Source: Heteronotia binoei (lineage: Eukaryota). From it: a DNA stretch of 64,000 nt. The first letter of the stretch is position 1. The number at the start of each line of letters is the position of its first letter. The stretch spans positions 248,001 through 312,000 of the forward strand of contig NC_083240.1 in NCBI RefSeq assembly GCF_032191835.1, given 5' to 3'. The notes under the pieces were generated by a model, which was not told the origin of the DNA, did no database searches, and saw only the letters and a program-made list of their open reading frames with translations. Below are positions 1-19,000 of the stretch, piece after piece. The position numbers and the translations under genes were made by a program.

Positions 1-349
1 ACCCCTGGTGCAAGATCAAGAAGGGGCCCAGGGGGGTGAGGCTGCCTGCCTGCTGGCCATGGCTGTCCTGAGGAGAGAGGAGGGAGTCGCCTTCAGGAGG
101 TACCCCAGGTGAGCAGGTGAGACCCGGACCTAGAGGGGCACTGCAAGCACCAAACTGTGGCTCTGCTGACCTCTGCCAAGTGTGAGCCAGGAAGGTACAA
201 GTCAGGCGGCCTCACCTCGTCCCAGGTAAAGGTTATTGAGCACTATTAAGGCTGTGCTCCTAAAAACGCTTCCCTAGGATTCGAGGAGTAAGAAATGGGA
301 CTGACTTGTGCGTAGGACTTTGATGGATTTCTCCCTTAAGCCCCTGGAA

Positions 350-560
350 GAACAGGGCGAGAAGCCTTTTGACAAGGTGGGAGGTCTTGCCCGGGATCTG
401 TCAGAAGGCTTCTTGAGCAAATGCAGCAGAAGCAGCAGCTGGACGGATCTAAAATGAAACCTACAATCCAAATACAGGTTAATGGCCCCTCCCTCTCCCC
501 TCTGAAAGTCTTTGAAGTATTTCTCAGGCTGCAGGGCTCCTCCCGCCAGGGCCGCATTCA
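350..560 (+). mobile_element. Possible very old L1-like RT relic
   Basis: Broken translation gives EKPFDKV (cf. L1 AEKAFDKV), then KPTIQIQVNG (cf. KPTANIILNG) and SRQG (cf. TRQG) in the right order, but frames and spacing are imperfect. Could be chance. Confidence 0.3.
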
Positions 561-1044
561 AACCGCCAGACGTCTCCTGCCGCCATCACTAGGGAGACAA
601 GATGAAGCCCTGCTTCCCACCGTGGCCTCCCTGGTTACCCACACGATTCTACATCAAACCTTAAAAGAATACAAGGAGCATATCTAAGAGCTAACGAATA
701 CTGATATTCTCGTACATGGGGTAGTACAGTTATGAATGTACCTGTGTAATATATTCTGTATAATATAACATATATGACTACAAACAATACAGCTGTGGAT
801 ATATGAGTCTATTTGGGACAACTGTCTCTTCATCAGCGGCAAGACTATTAGGGAGCTCAGCAACCCCCAGATCCTTCTCAGGGCCTGAAGCCTGAGCCGA
901 GGGAGGTCCCCGCAAGGCCTGGCTCCTCTTTCCTTCAGGCCGGGAGGTGAAGGGCCCTGGGAGATCCCTCTCACGTGGGCGAAGGGGTAGCAGTGTGACA
1001 AAGGAAGTTCCACACTGGTAAGGGAGGCTGATGTCCAGTGGATC

Positions 1045-1150
1045 GGTGTGGTGGTGTCCTGGTTTCAGGCAAGGAGTTGGGAAGTCCCCGTTCAAATCCC
1101 TACTCTGCCCCCGGAGCTCTCGGTGACCATGGGTGGGCCAGCCATGAACC
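1045..1150 (+). mobile_element. Degenerate tRNA-derived SINE head
   Basis: ggtgtggtggt...gttcaaatccctactctgcc...ggtgaccatggg resembles the A/B-box head of the younger SINE copies in this window. Confidence 0.45.
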
Positions 1151-1629
1151 CTCCATCTTGTCCACCTCCCAAGATGGAGAAGAGAAGTTGAGGTGCTTTG
1201 GGCCCCCAGTAGGGAGAGGGGCTGCCCCTGTGTGGGCGTGAAGAAGACCCACTTCCCCCTATGTGGGCAGCTGGAGTCTGGACCGCCTGAGGCTGAGAGT
1301 AGAGAAGCTCTTGGGGTGGCAGGAGTCAGCTCAGCTGGGGGCTGCAGCCCTCAAGAAGGCCAGCTGCCCCCTGGGAAAGGGACAGAGTCACAGTCCTTGC
1401 CAGACACAGCTGCATGGTGGCCTCCTTGGGCAGAGGGCTGTCCTCCTTCTGTAGTCATGGCAATTGCCTCCTATGCACACTCACAACTGGGGGGGCCCAG
1501 AACAAAGAATACAGTCTCATGACTTGTGAAAGAAACGGGTCTATTTCAGAAATGGCAGAGGCCAACCACAAGGTGCTAAGGGCACCAGGCTCCCCCCCCC
1601 ATTTGTGCCCTTACCCAAGTTGGGGGTGG

Positions 1630-2575
1630 GGGGAGCCCTTGGCCACCCAACTCCGAGGTGGGCGGGGGGCAGGGGCGGGGCCTGCTGCATGCCGTGTGTG
1701 GCCCTGGGGTGGGCCTGTTTGTAGTGGCCACAGAAGGGCTGGGCCCGGGCAGGCAGCCAGGCTCAGCGGTCACTGTGCCCTCTGCGTTGCTGGGGGTGGG
1801 TGCTTGCCGGAGCCCTTGGCCACCGCTCTCCGAGGTGGGTGGGGCCTGCTGCATGCCGTGTGTGGCCCAGGGTGGGCCTGTTAGTAGTGGCCACAGAAGG
1901 GCTGGGCCCGGGCAGGCAGCCAGGCTCAGAGGTCACTCTGCCCTCTGCGTTGCTGGGTGTGGGTGCTTGCCGGAGCCCTTGGCCACCGGTCTCCGAAGTG
2001 GGGGGGGCAGGGGCGGGGCCTGCTGCATGCCGTGTGTGGCCCAGGGTGGGCCTGTTTGTAGTGGCCACAGAAGGGCTGGGCCCGGGCAGGCAGCCAGGCT
2101 CAGCGGTCACTGTGCCCTCTGCGTTGCTGGGGGTGGGTGCTTGCCGGAGCCCTTGGCCACCGCTCTCCGAGGTGGGTGGGGCCTGCTGCATGCCGTGTGT
2201 GGCCCAGGGTGGGCCTGTTAGTAGTGGCCACAGAAGGGCTGGGCCCGGGCAGGCAGCCAGGCTCAGAGGTCACTCTGCCCTCTGCGTTGCTGGGTGTGGG
2301 TGCTTGCCGGAGCCCTTGGCCACCGGTCTCCGAAGTGGGGGGGGCAGGGGCGGGGCCTGCTGCATGCCGTGTGTGGCCCAGGGTGGGCCTGTTAGTAGTG
2401 GCCACAGAAGGGCTGGGCCCGGGCAGGCAGCCAGGCTCAGCGGTCACTGTGCCCTCTGCGTTGCTGGGGGTGGGTGCTTGCCGGAGCCCTTGGCCACCGC
2501 TCTCCGAGGTGGGGGGGGCCTGCTGCATGGGTGGGCCTGTTAGTAGTGGCCGGGCAGGCAGGCTCAGAGGTCACT
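1630..2575. repeat. GC-rich tandem array of ~163/174-bp monomers forming a 337-bp higher-order dimer
   Basis: The anchor cctgctgcat recurs at 1681, 1845, 2019, 2182, 2356 and 2519 (spacings 164, 174, 163, 174, 163). The ORF track shows repeated peptides offset by 337 nt. Confidence 0.95.
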
Positions 2576-3029
2576 TGGGGGAGTGGGTGGCGGAGGGAAG
2601 GGGCCCCTCTCTTCTGGCCCCGGGAGGCAGCGGGCGGGGGGTGGAGGCGGAGGCACCACGTGTTCAGCCGAGCAGCCCCCTCCCTGCGCCTGCGCGGCTC
2701 TCCTGCGGTGGGGGTGGGCGGGGCTCCCCTGTCCTGTTCCGCCTATCCGCGGGGGAGGGCGGGGCTCGCCGCGGCCTCTGGGGCTCCTCCCCTCTCCCTC
2801 CGCCCCCCGGGCAACAGCCGCCCAATCCCTGCGGAGGAGCAGAGGCTGAGAAAGAAGTGGGCGGGGCGAAGGGGCGCCCTTCCGGTCTGCCTCTGGTGTC
2901 ATGGCGGCTATAGGGCACGGCAGTGATGCGCATGCGCTTTGCGGCCACGCGAGGCCGAGCGGGCAGTCTCTGAAGCGCATGCGCCAGGCGGCGGGCGACG
3001 CGCCGTCAGGAAGGGGCGGCGACTAAGGC

Positions 3030-3137
3030 GATGCCGCTTCCGCCCGGCTCCGAGATGGCGGCGCCCTTTGTCTGTTCCGTGTCACTCTGAGTGTCGCCGC
3101 TGCTCGTCGGGATTATGTGACGCGCGCGGGATGGCAG
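3030..3137 (+). other. ZBTB17: Predicted ZBTB17 5' leader exon (start approximate)
   Basis: Donor-like CAG|GTGGAG at 3137/3138 and a pyrimidine tract plus CAG acceptor at 3266. The TSS is not determinable from sequence. Confidence 0.5.
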
Positions 3138-3268
3138 GTGGAGCAGAAGGGGGCAGCCCGGGCAGAGGGAGCGGGGAGGGGAGGAGGGTCCTGCGGGGAG
3201 GGGCTGGAGCCGAGGGGCGCCCCTCCCCCCCTCACTGGCCGCGCCTCCCTCCCTCCCCCCCCGCAGCC

Positions 3269-11842
<8,574 letters not shown>

Positions 11843-12001
11843 AACGGCAGCCGGGGGGAGGGGGGCGCACACGCTGTTGGACTCTGTCACCTGTCTTGGC
11901 ACAGCAGCACTGGCAGGGGCGAGGAAAGCTACATCCTACTACTGTAAACAAAGTTATTTCTGTATGAGAGAGAATCTACATCTGTGTTAATATTTAGATG
12001 A

Positions 12002-12007
12002 AATAAA
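12002..12007 (+). terminator. ZBTB17 polyadenylation signal AATAAA
   Basis: First canonical hexamer 160 nt after the stop, in AT-rich context. Confidence 0.75.
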
Positions 12008-12940
12008 TGCCCTTATTTTCTAATGGGTGTTTGGAAACCGAAGGATCAGCTGCTGTCCTCAGTGAGGTTTCAAAGAGGTGGCTAAAGTTCACCCGGGCAG
12101 GCGGGGGGGTGGGGGGGCCACTCAGCTCTCAGGCAGGCTGCTGCCTGTGCAGGACACCCTGGCGATCAGGTCCCACAACAAGCTGCTCAGCTTAGAAACT
12201 GGAGTGGGGCTTGGGGGGCCCTTGGAGTGGAGCACCAGCCCTGCTGTGGGCAAAAGCAAAGCCCCCAGCTGACGCCTGCTGTGAGGCTGGGCAAGGCTCC
12301 GTCAAGGGGAGCAGGAAGGGAGTTGGGAAACGAAGCCTCCGTCTGGCAGGTCTTCCAGCCCTCCCTTTCAGGAAAGAAGGCCAGTGACAGTCTTTGCTTT
12401 TCACAGGGAGATGCTTGGCCCACCTCCCTTCAGGCCAGCATCCTGTCTCACACGGGCCCAAGCAGCTGGCTGAGAGGCCAAGGCTTCCCCTTCCCTGGGC
12501 TGGACTCTGCTGGAGGGTCCCTTCAGTCACCACGGCGGGACTTCTCCATCATTCTGTCAGGCAGTGGAGTCCACATTTTTATCACCTGTTGAGTAAAGGA
12601 GAACTTCTTTTTGTCTGCTCTGAAGTCTTTGTTGGGTGCCTGAGTCCTCAGGGAGGAAAACCCACCCCCTCTTGATAAACCTCTGCTCATGGCTGCCTCA
12701 ACAGCAAAGGCCCGGCATCCCCAGAAATGGGCTCCAAACCCCTAATCTTCCTGGTTGCCACCCTCGGTGGTGCTTTTCCCACAGCCACAAAGGCCTCACG
12801 GTTGCAGCTCTTCTACTTTCAGCCACTTTAATCCTCAGTATGGAGTTTGCCTTCTTTACCACAGCACAGTCCCTTGGCTGAGAGACTGGTCCATTTATTC
12901 CTACTCTTTGCTAGTAGTCATTTAACCCGTTTTCCATCGA

Positions 12941-14575
12941 GTAGAATCAGAGTTGGAAGGGACCTCCAGGGTCATCTAGTCCAACCCCCTGCACAATGCA
13001 GGAAATTCACAAATAGCGCCCCCCATACACACATCCCCAGTGACCCCCCTACTCCATGCCCAGAAGATGGCAGAAACCTCCAAGATCCCTGGCCAATCTG
13101 GCCTGGAGTAAAAATTCTGACTGACCCCAAAGGGTCTATCAGTATTTCCCTGGGTGTGTAAGAAGGGGCCACAAGAACTAAGCAGTGATACAACCCTTCC
13201 TGCCCTCCCTTCTCAAGATCTGCCTAGTTTACAGAATCGGCACTGCTGTCAGATGGCCATCCAGCCTCTGTTGGAAAACCTCCAAGGAAGGAGAGCCCAC
13301 CACCTCCCCAGGAGGAAGCCTCTTCCACCGAGGAACCGCTCTGTCAGGAAGTTCTTCCTAATGTTTAGCCAGAAGCTCTTTTGATTTAATTTCAGTCTGT
13401 TGGTTCTGGTCCTACCTTCTGGGGCCGCAGAAAACAATTCCACACCATCCTCTATAGGACAGCCCTTCAAGTACTTGAAGATGGTGATCATATCAGTCGT
13501 CTCCTCCTCAGGCTAAGTATACCCAGCTCCTTCAACCTTTTCCCCATAGGACTTTATCTCCAGACCCTTCACCATTTTCATTGCCTTCCTCTGGACACCT
13601 CTAACTTGTCTATATCCTTCTTAAATTGTGATGCTCAAAACTGAACACAATACTCCAGCTGAGGTCTAACCAGAGCAGAGCAAAGCGATACCATCGCTTC
13701 ATGTGATCTGGACACTGTACTTCTGTTAATATAGCCCCAAACTTTTCTGTTAATATAGCCCCTTTTCAGCTACCGCATCACACTGCTGGCTCATGTTCAG
13801 TGAAGGGTCCACCAAGACCCCGAGATCCTTTTTGCACAGACCACTGTCAAAGCAAGTCTCCCCGTCCTATAATGATGCATTGGGTTTTTCCTACCTAAAT
13901 GCAGAACTTTACATTTATTCCTGTTAAAATTCATTTTATTTATTTTAGCCCAGTTTTTCAGCCTGTCAAGATCATCCTGGATCCTGTCTGTCTTTTGCAT
14001 TTGCGACCCCTCCCAATTTAGTATCATCTGCAAATTTAAGAAGAATGTTCTCTCTTCCTTCATTCAAGTCATTTATAAAGATGTTGAACAAAACAGGTCC
14101 CAGGACAAACCTTTGAGGCACTCCACTTGTTACTCCTCTCCAAGACAATGAGGAACCATTCACAAGCACTCTTTGGGTGTGATCTGTCAACCAGTTACAG
14201 ATTCACCTAACAGCAATAGGATCCAAAGCACATTTTATCAAATACAAGAACTGTATGTGGAGCCTTATTGAAATCAAGATAAACTAAATCTACAACATTC
14301 CCCTGGTCCAGCAAGGAAGTAACTTTTGTCTGACTTTGTACATAAGAACCCTTTTTTGTTGATTTTGGCATCTCTTGCCAGCCTCAGGTCATACTAAGCT
14401 TTAGCTTTCCTAACTCTTTCTCTGTAAGCACTGATGATTTGTTAATATTCACCCTTGGTTATAAGACCCTCCTTCCATTTCCTAAAGGAGTCCTTTTTAT
14501 TTCTCAAGTCTTCAGAGAGTTGTTTATGAAGCCGCCGCCTCGGCTTCTTTAGGCTCCTTCCATTTCCCCTCCTCA
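12941..14575 (-). mobile_element. CR1 LINE, 5'-truncated, internally deleted and degenerate, between the two gene ends
   Basis: Minus-strand peptides [42 protein letters not shown] and IFKYLKG..RTRTN..LNIRKNFLTER; ATTCT-type tail at ~12941. Near 14330 the RT (KVTSLLDQGNVVDL) is joined directly to linker sequence (KDSFRKWKEG). Confidence 0.93.
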
Positions 14576-14846
14576 TAGAAGAGGACCCATCCGTTCAGCT
14601 CACCAGGGAGCCGGGGGGGGGGGGGGGGGGGGAGTCGTTCCGATGTCCACATCTATGGTGTCCATTCACATCTTCACGGAGCACCTTGCTTTCCAGCTGT
14701 CCTGACCTGCCACCTCTGCTACAGGAGCCGTCCAATGGCAGCCCTCCCCGCGTGCAGACTGGACAGACAAGCTGCAGCACTGCCCCAGCGCCGCAGCCAC
14801 CTTCTTGTCACACAGCACACCCACTGCAGGCCTGCTTTGTATTTTT

Positions 14847-14852
14847 TTTAAT
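14847..14852 (-). terminator. Candidate SPEN polyadenylation signal ATTAAA
   Basis: The minus strand reads ...cagactttATTAAAaaaaatac about 1.03 kb after the SPEN stop, at the end of a U-rich 3' UTR. Confidence 0.5.
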
Positions 14853-15164
14853 AAAGTCTGTAATCCAATGGACACACAAAACAAAACTGCGCTGAGAAAA
14901 ACAGTTCCATAAATTAATTGTTAGGGGAGGTGGAGGGTAACAAGGACGAAGGGGAGGGGAATAAAGAATGCACAAGTGTATAACACTTCCACATGTGACC
15001 GGGGGGGGGGGGGGAATGTCTAAATGAAGCGCACTTACAAATGAGTGACACATACAAAGTCCGAGTATGAAAATAAGATTTTTTTTCCCTCTGAAAACAC
15101 ATTTTTGGCACAGATTAAAAAAAAAGTATGTTGTGGGGATCAGATTTCTTTTTAAAGTCAGTAT

Positions 15165-15230
15165 TATATATATATATTTATATATATATATTATATATAT
15201 ATTTATACATACACGCGCACACACACGCAC
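15165..15230. repeat. (TA)n/(CA)n low-complexity tract in the SPEN 3' UTR
   Basis: tattatatatatatatttatatatatatattatatatatatttatacatacacgcgcacacacac. Confidence 0.85.
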
Positions 15231-15882
15231 CCCAGAGTCCTGCACATCCCAGAAGGAAAGACAACGGCTCTTTCCCCCTCCCTTTCTTGTTTCGCTTCCT
15301 TTCACTGTAAACTGTCCACCCCCGCCGGAGGGAGGGAGGGTGGGAGAAGCGTGGGCCGCATGGCAGAGAGGGCAGGCGGAAGGGAGGGAGGCCTGCCGGA
15401 GGGACAGTGGGAATGGCTCCTTGACCTGCCGGAAGGAGCAGGCCCTCCCAGCTCCTGAGCTTCCAAGTCCGTGTGTGTATCGAGACATCCATTCAGAACA
15501 CCACAACATGTCTGTCTTCCACTGTGCAAAGGTCCAACGTCACTATTTAGTGCAAAGGCAGTTCTGGTTCCTTTTTTTAAAATCTGTTTTGTAAATAAAA
15601 AAAATAGCCTTCCTTTAATCCCCCCCCAAAAAGGAGGCACCAAACCCAAGAGCAGTCTGCCTCGAAGAGGGCCTCCGACCCACCGACGTCCATCTTAGCT
15701 AGAGCCCTATGTAAACATACAACGGGGGTGTGGCCGCTGACCCAGTGGCCCTTTTTGCTGGAGTCCTGTGAAGGCAGGGAGAGAGGCAGGAGGCAGCTGC
15801 TGGGCTGTCTGTCCACGCACTGCCCGCCCCTGTGTGTCTGCTCTCGTGCCTTGGAGAGGCGAGTCTGCACCCAGCCGGCTAC

Positions 15883-16014
15883 TCAGACGGACGCGATGAC
15901 AATCATGAGGTGAGGCGAGATGTTGGAGATGCTGGCGAGGAGGTCTGGGGCGAGGCGAGAGAGGTGGCTCTCTGAGAACTCGCAGGGTGGGAAGATCTGC
16001 AGGACGTAAGCGGG
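15883..16014 (-). CDS. SPEN: SPEN exon 15 coding part (SPOC end, stop)
   Basis: ttccag|PAYVLQIFPPCEFSESHLSRLAPDLLASISNISPHLMIVIASV*. Confidence 0.98.
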   Translation of the reverse strand, partial: PAYVLQIFPPCEFSESHLSRLAPDLLASISNISPHLMIVIASV

Positions 16015-19000
16015 CTGGAAGGCAGAATCAGAGAGGGGACACTCAGCTGAGCAGCAGGTGGCCGAGATTCCGCCCCCCCCCCCGGCAAGTGGCTGCTCAC
16101 AGGAGGGTCCAGAACCACCCAGCAACGCAGCTGCCCAGAGAAAGAAGGGTCATGGCAGGCAATGCAAAGCCGGACAAGGCAGAGGGAGGATGGCCCAGCC
16201 CCCCCCCCCCCAGCCACAGAGCTGCTCTAGTCCAGCTGGGTCTTCTCGTGTTCAGATGCTGCCCACTCTTCCTCCCAAGGACCAGCTCCCATGGGTTTCC
16301 CAAGGGCTGACAAGGGCCACGGGGCTCATACCTGGTTGGAGCCGGGGTTGGGAACGTTGATGATGCCGGCGGCTTGTTTGGCCTGCAGGTAGCTGATGAA
16401 AGCAGCCTTCAGCGACTCCGTCTGGCTGACCACATCCTCTTGGTCTCGTCCGCAGGGCAGGGCCAGAAGCAGGCAATAGTCGCTCTCCACCTGGAGGACA
16501 ACAGGCCAGGTTACTGCAGCTGCTTTACACCTTTGGAGATGGGCTGGCCCTGACCACACAGAACAAAGCTTTCGGCAAGGGCTGAGCGGGAAGAGCCAGC
16601 ATGATCCATGGAGCCCAGACACAAAGTGGCAGGCACTGAAGCTAAGCCCTTTCAAGCACCACAGAGTGAGACCACCAAAGGTGCTCCCCCCCTCATGACC
16701 CTGCCTAAGAACTCAGCACTGCCCCCCGGCTGAATACCAAAGCCTTCTCCACTGCGGCCCCCTGCTTATGGAATGACCTCACACTCCTTGACTTGGTTTG
16801 CCCTGCTGCTGTTGCCAGAGAACCAAGAACCACAGGCTGCCCCACTCCCCCAGCAAACGGAGAAAAACACCATGTACGAGAACAGTGATTACTGCATGGT
16901 TACTTTCACTCAGGTATACTCATTCAATCACAATGCAAATTAGAAGTGTGCATATATCTAACAACACACTAAAGAGTCATAATTCCAGTCTCTGCCGCAC
17001 CGTAGGGCTTCTTGATTTTCACCGGAAGGGTCTGGTACCTAAGAGATAAATGGATAAAAGCCCGGCTTGAAAATTCTTCATGGCTCATATGCAAACATCT
17101 TAGGTGTGATAACATGCATCCCATGTTAAAAATTCTGCATGTTTCAAGAGAATCCCTTCTTCTGGCCACCGTTTCAGATTGGAACACTGCTCAACAGTTT
17201 CTTCAACATTAGCTCTGATGGGCTCAAGCCTCAGCTGATCTGACATGGCTAGCTCTGCCTGGGACAGCTGCAGTTTTCACTCAAGAAAGGGAGACTTCAT
17301 GGTGTCATTTCCTTGCTTCCCTCTCAGTTTCTCTGCAGCAGGCTGGTCAATCACGTTCCCTTCCTTCTCCTTGACTCGAGTCAACACTACACATGGCATC
17401 AGTTCGAGGCGGTTCTTAGCTGGCCCTTCTTTTTCAGTTCTCTCCCTGCTCTGCTTACTGCTGCCTTTTAACCTCTCTGGACTGGGCTCTCTCTCATTTT
17501 CTTGGTCTGTCTCAGAAGACTGAGAGCTGGGAGAATGAATTTTGGCTTTTCGTTTTTGCTTGTCCATTTTATCTTTTTCATGTTTTTCAGTTTCATCTTT
17601 CCTAACCAGCCACTTGTCAAACCAAATGTGTAGGCAGTATAGTTCTCAATGAGAATAATCAAAGCAAGAATCACACTCAAGAAACTGCTGAGCAGTGTTC
17701 CAATTTGAATTGAAGGGTGGCCAGAAGGGATTCTCTTGAAACATGCAGGATTTTTAACCTGGGATGCACGATGTCACACCTAAGATGTTTGCATATACGC
17801 CACTGAGGAATTTTCAGGCCAGATTTTATCCATCTATCTCTTGTGCATCAGACCTTTCTGGTGAAAATCAAGCAGCTCTATGGTGCGGCAGAGACTGGGA
17901 TTGTGACTCTTTAGTGTGTTGTTAGATAAATGTGTGCTTGTTACTTGTATTGTGAACGAATGAGTATACCTCAGTGAAAGTAACTTTTTGCAGTAACCAG
18001 TGTTCTAGTACATGGTGTTCTTGCTCCATTTTGCTCAACCTGCACATCGTGTTGTTTCCTGTTTTGTTGCCTCCCCCCAACCAAAGCGGGGCTGGCAAGA
18101 GCAAGACTCCCACTCACCATCATTCTGCGGGCCACACCCTCCAGCTGGGATGCTTCCAGCCTCATGCGCTGGGCGATGCGCAAGGGAGGCCCCCCTTCTG
18201 GGGCAGGCAGGGAGCGATGTGCCAAGACATTGTTGCCGGAGACAAAGTGCAACTGGACTGCCGCAGTGTCATTCTTCAAGGCCAGGAGCCCCTGCCACAC
18301 AATCGGGTACTTCTGCAAACGTGGGACAGGGAGGAAGGCGTGAGGGCCAAGAGCCACGACCACAGAGGCAGGGAGGGAGGATGCCACCACAAACACAGAC
18401 ATCTGCCAGAGGAGGAAAGGGGCACCCCAAAGAGGCAGAACAGAGTGTGCAGCCACACACACAACCCAGTCACTGGCTGGCCCTGCCTTGCCCCTCCTTT
18501 GCTTTCCTCCCCACCACACTCAAAACAAGGAAGGAGGCAGACGCCACAGCAAGAGTTACCGTCAGCAGCTGGACCATGTCCACAGGCCTTTGAGAAACAG
18601 GGTCCGGTTTGAGTGCTGACTGAGCTTCCGGGCGGGAGAGTGACAGTCCTGGAGGGCACCCGGTGGTGGTGGGGATGAAGAGGGCTGCTTTCTGCACCAC
18701 CTGCGTCTGGTGTGGGGAAGGGAGCTCCTGCTTCACAGAAATGGCGACGGGAGAAGGATAGGAGGTTGGGCCCGCCTCTGCCGGGGCTCTCGGAAGGTGC
18801 ACGTGCGCCTCCATCTGTGAGACATGCCGGCTGACGGCTGAGTGGTGCGTCAGGTCAGGCCCTGGAGCCTGAGCCCCCTTTGGCTCCTGGGAGAGTTGCG
18901 GCGTTTTGCTGCGAGCCGGCTGACTTGGGTGCGAATGCTCCCCTTCTGGCAGGCCCTGAGAGGCACAAGAGGAAGCAGAACAGTTAGGGTGAGGCAAGGC

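Noticed and set aside
1630-2575. CRISPR-like array
   Set aside because: Units are contiguous near-identical monomers with no unique spacers, in a vertebrate genome with no cas genes.
1414-2913. Several 140-260-aa ORFs upstream of ZBTB17
   Set aside because: They are repeated peptides generated by the GC-rich tandem array, open in many frames because stops are rare; no domain signal.
3100-3120. MIZ-1 autoregulatory binding site (tcgggattat)
   Set aside because: Only a loose resemblance to the MIZ-1 motif as I recall it; cannot be supported without a PWM scan or ChIP.
17277-17567. 96-aa ORF as a separate SPEN-like micro-gene or alternative exon
   Set aside because: No convincing acceptor, donor or promoter; in-frame stop; non-synonymous changes accumulate freely in the flanks.
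16852-18035. Bias of arm mismatches towards G-U wobble on the plus strand
   Set aside because: The hand count is about 19 vs 11 transitions, not convincing, and partly explained by CpG decay (gtgtgc vs gcacac).
16840-18050. Definite call as a Pack-MULE/hAT transposon
   Set aside because: No target-site duplication flanks the arms (ccactccccc vs caacctgcac) and the termini do not match a TIR I recognise; kept only as one hypothesis.
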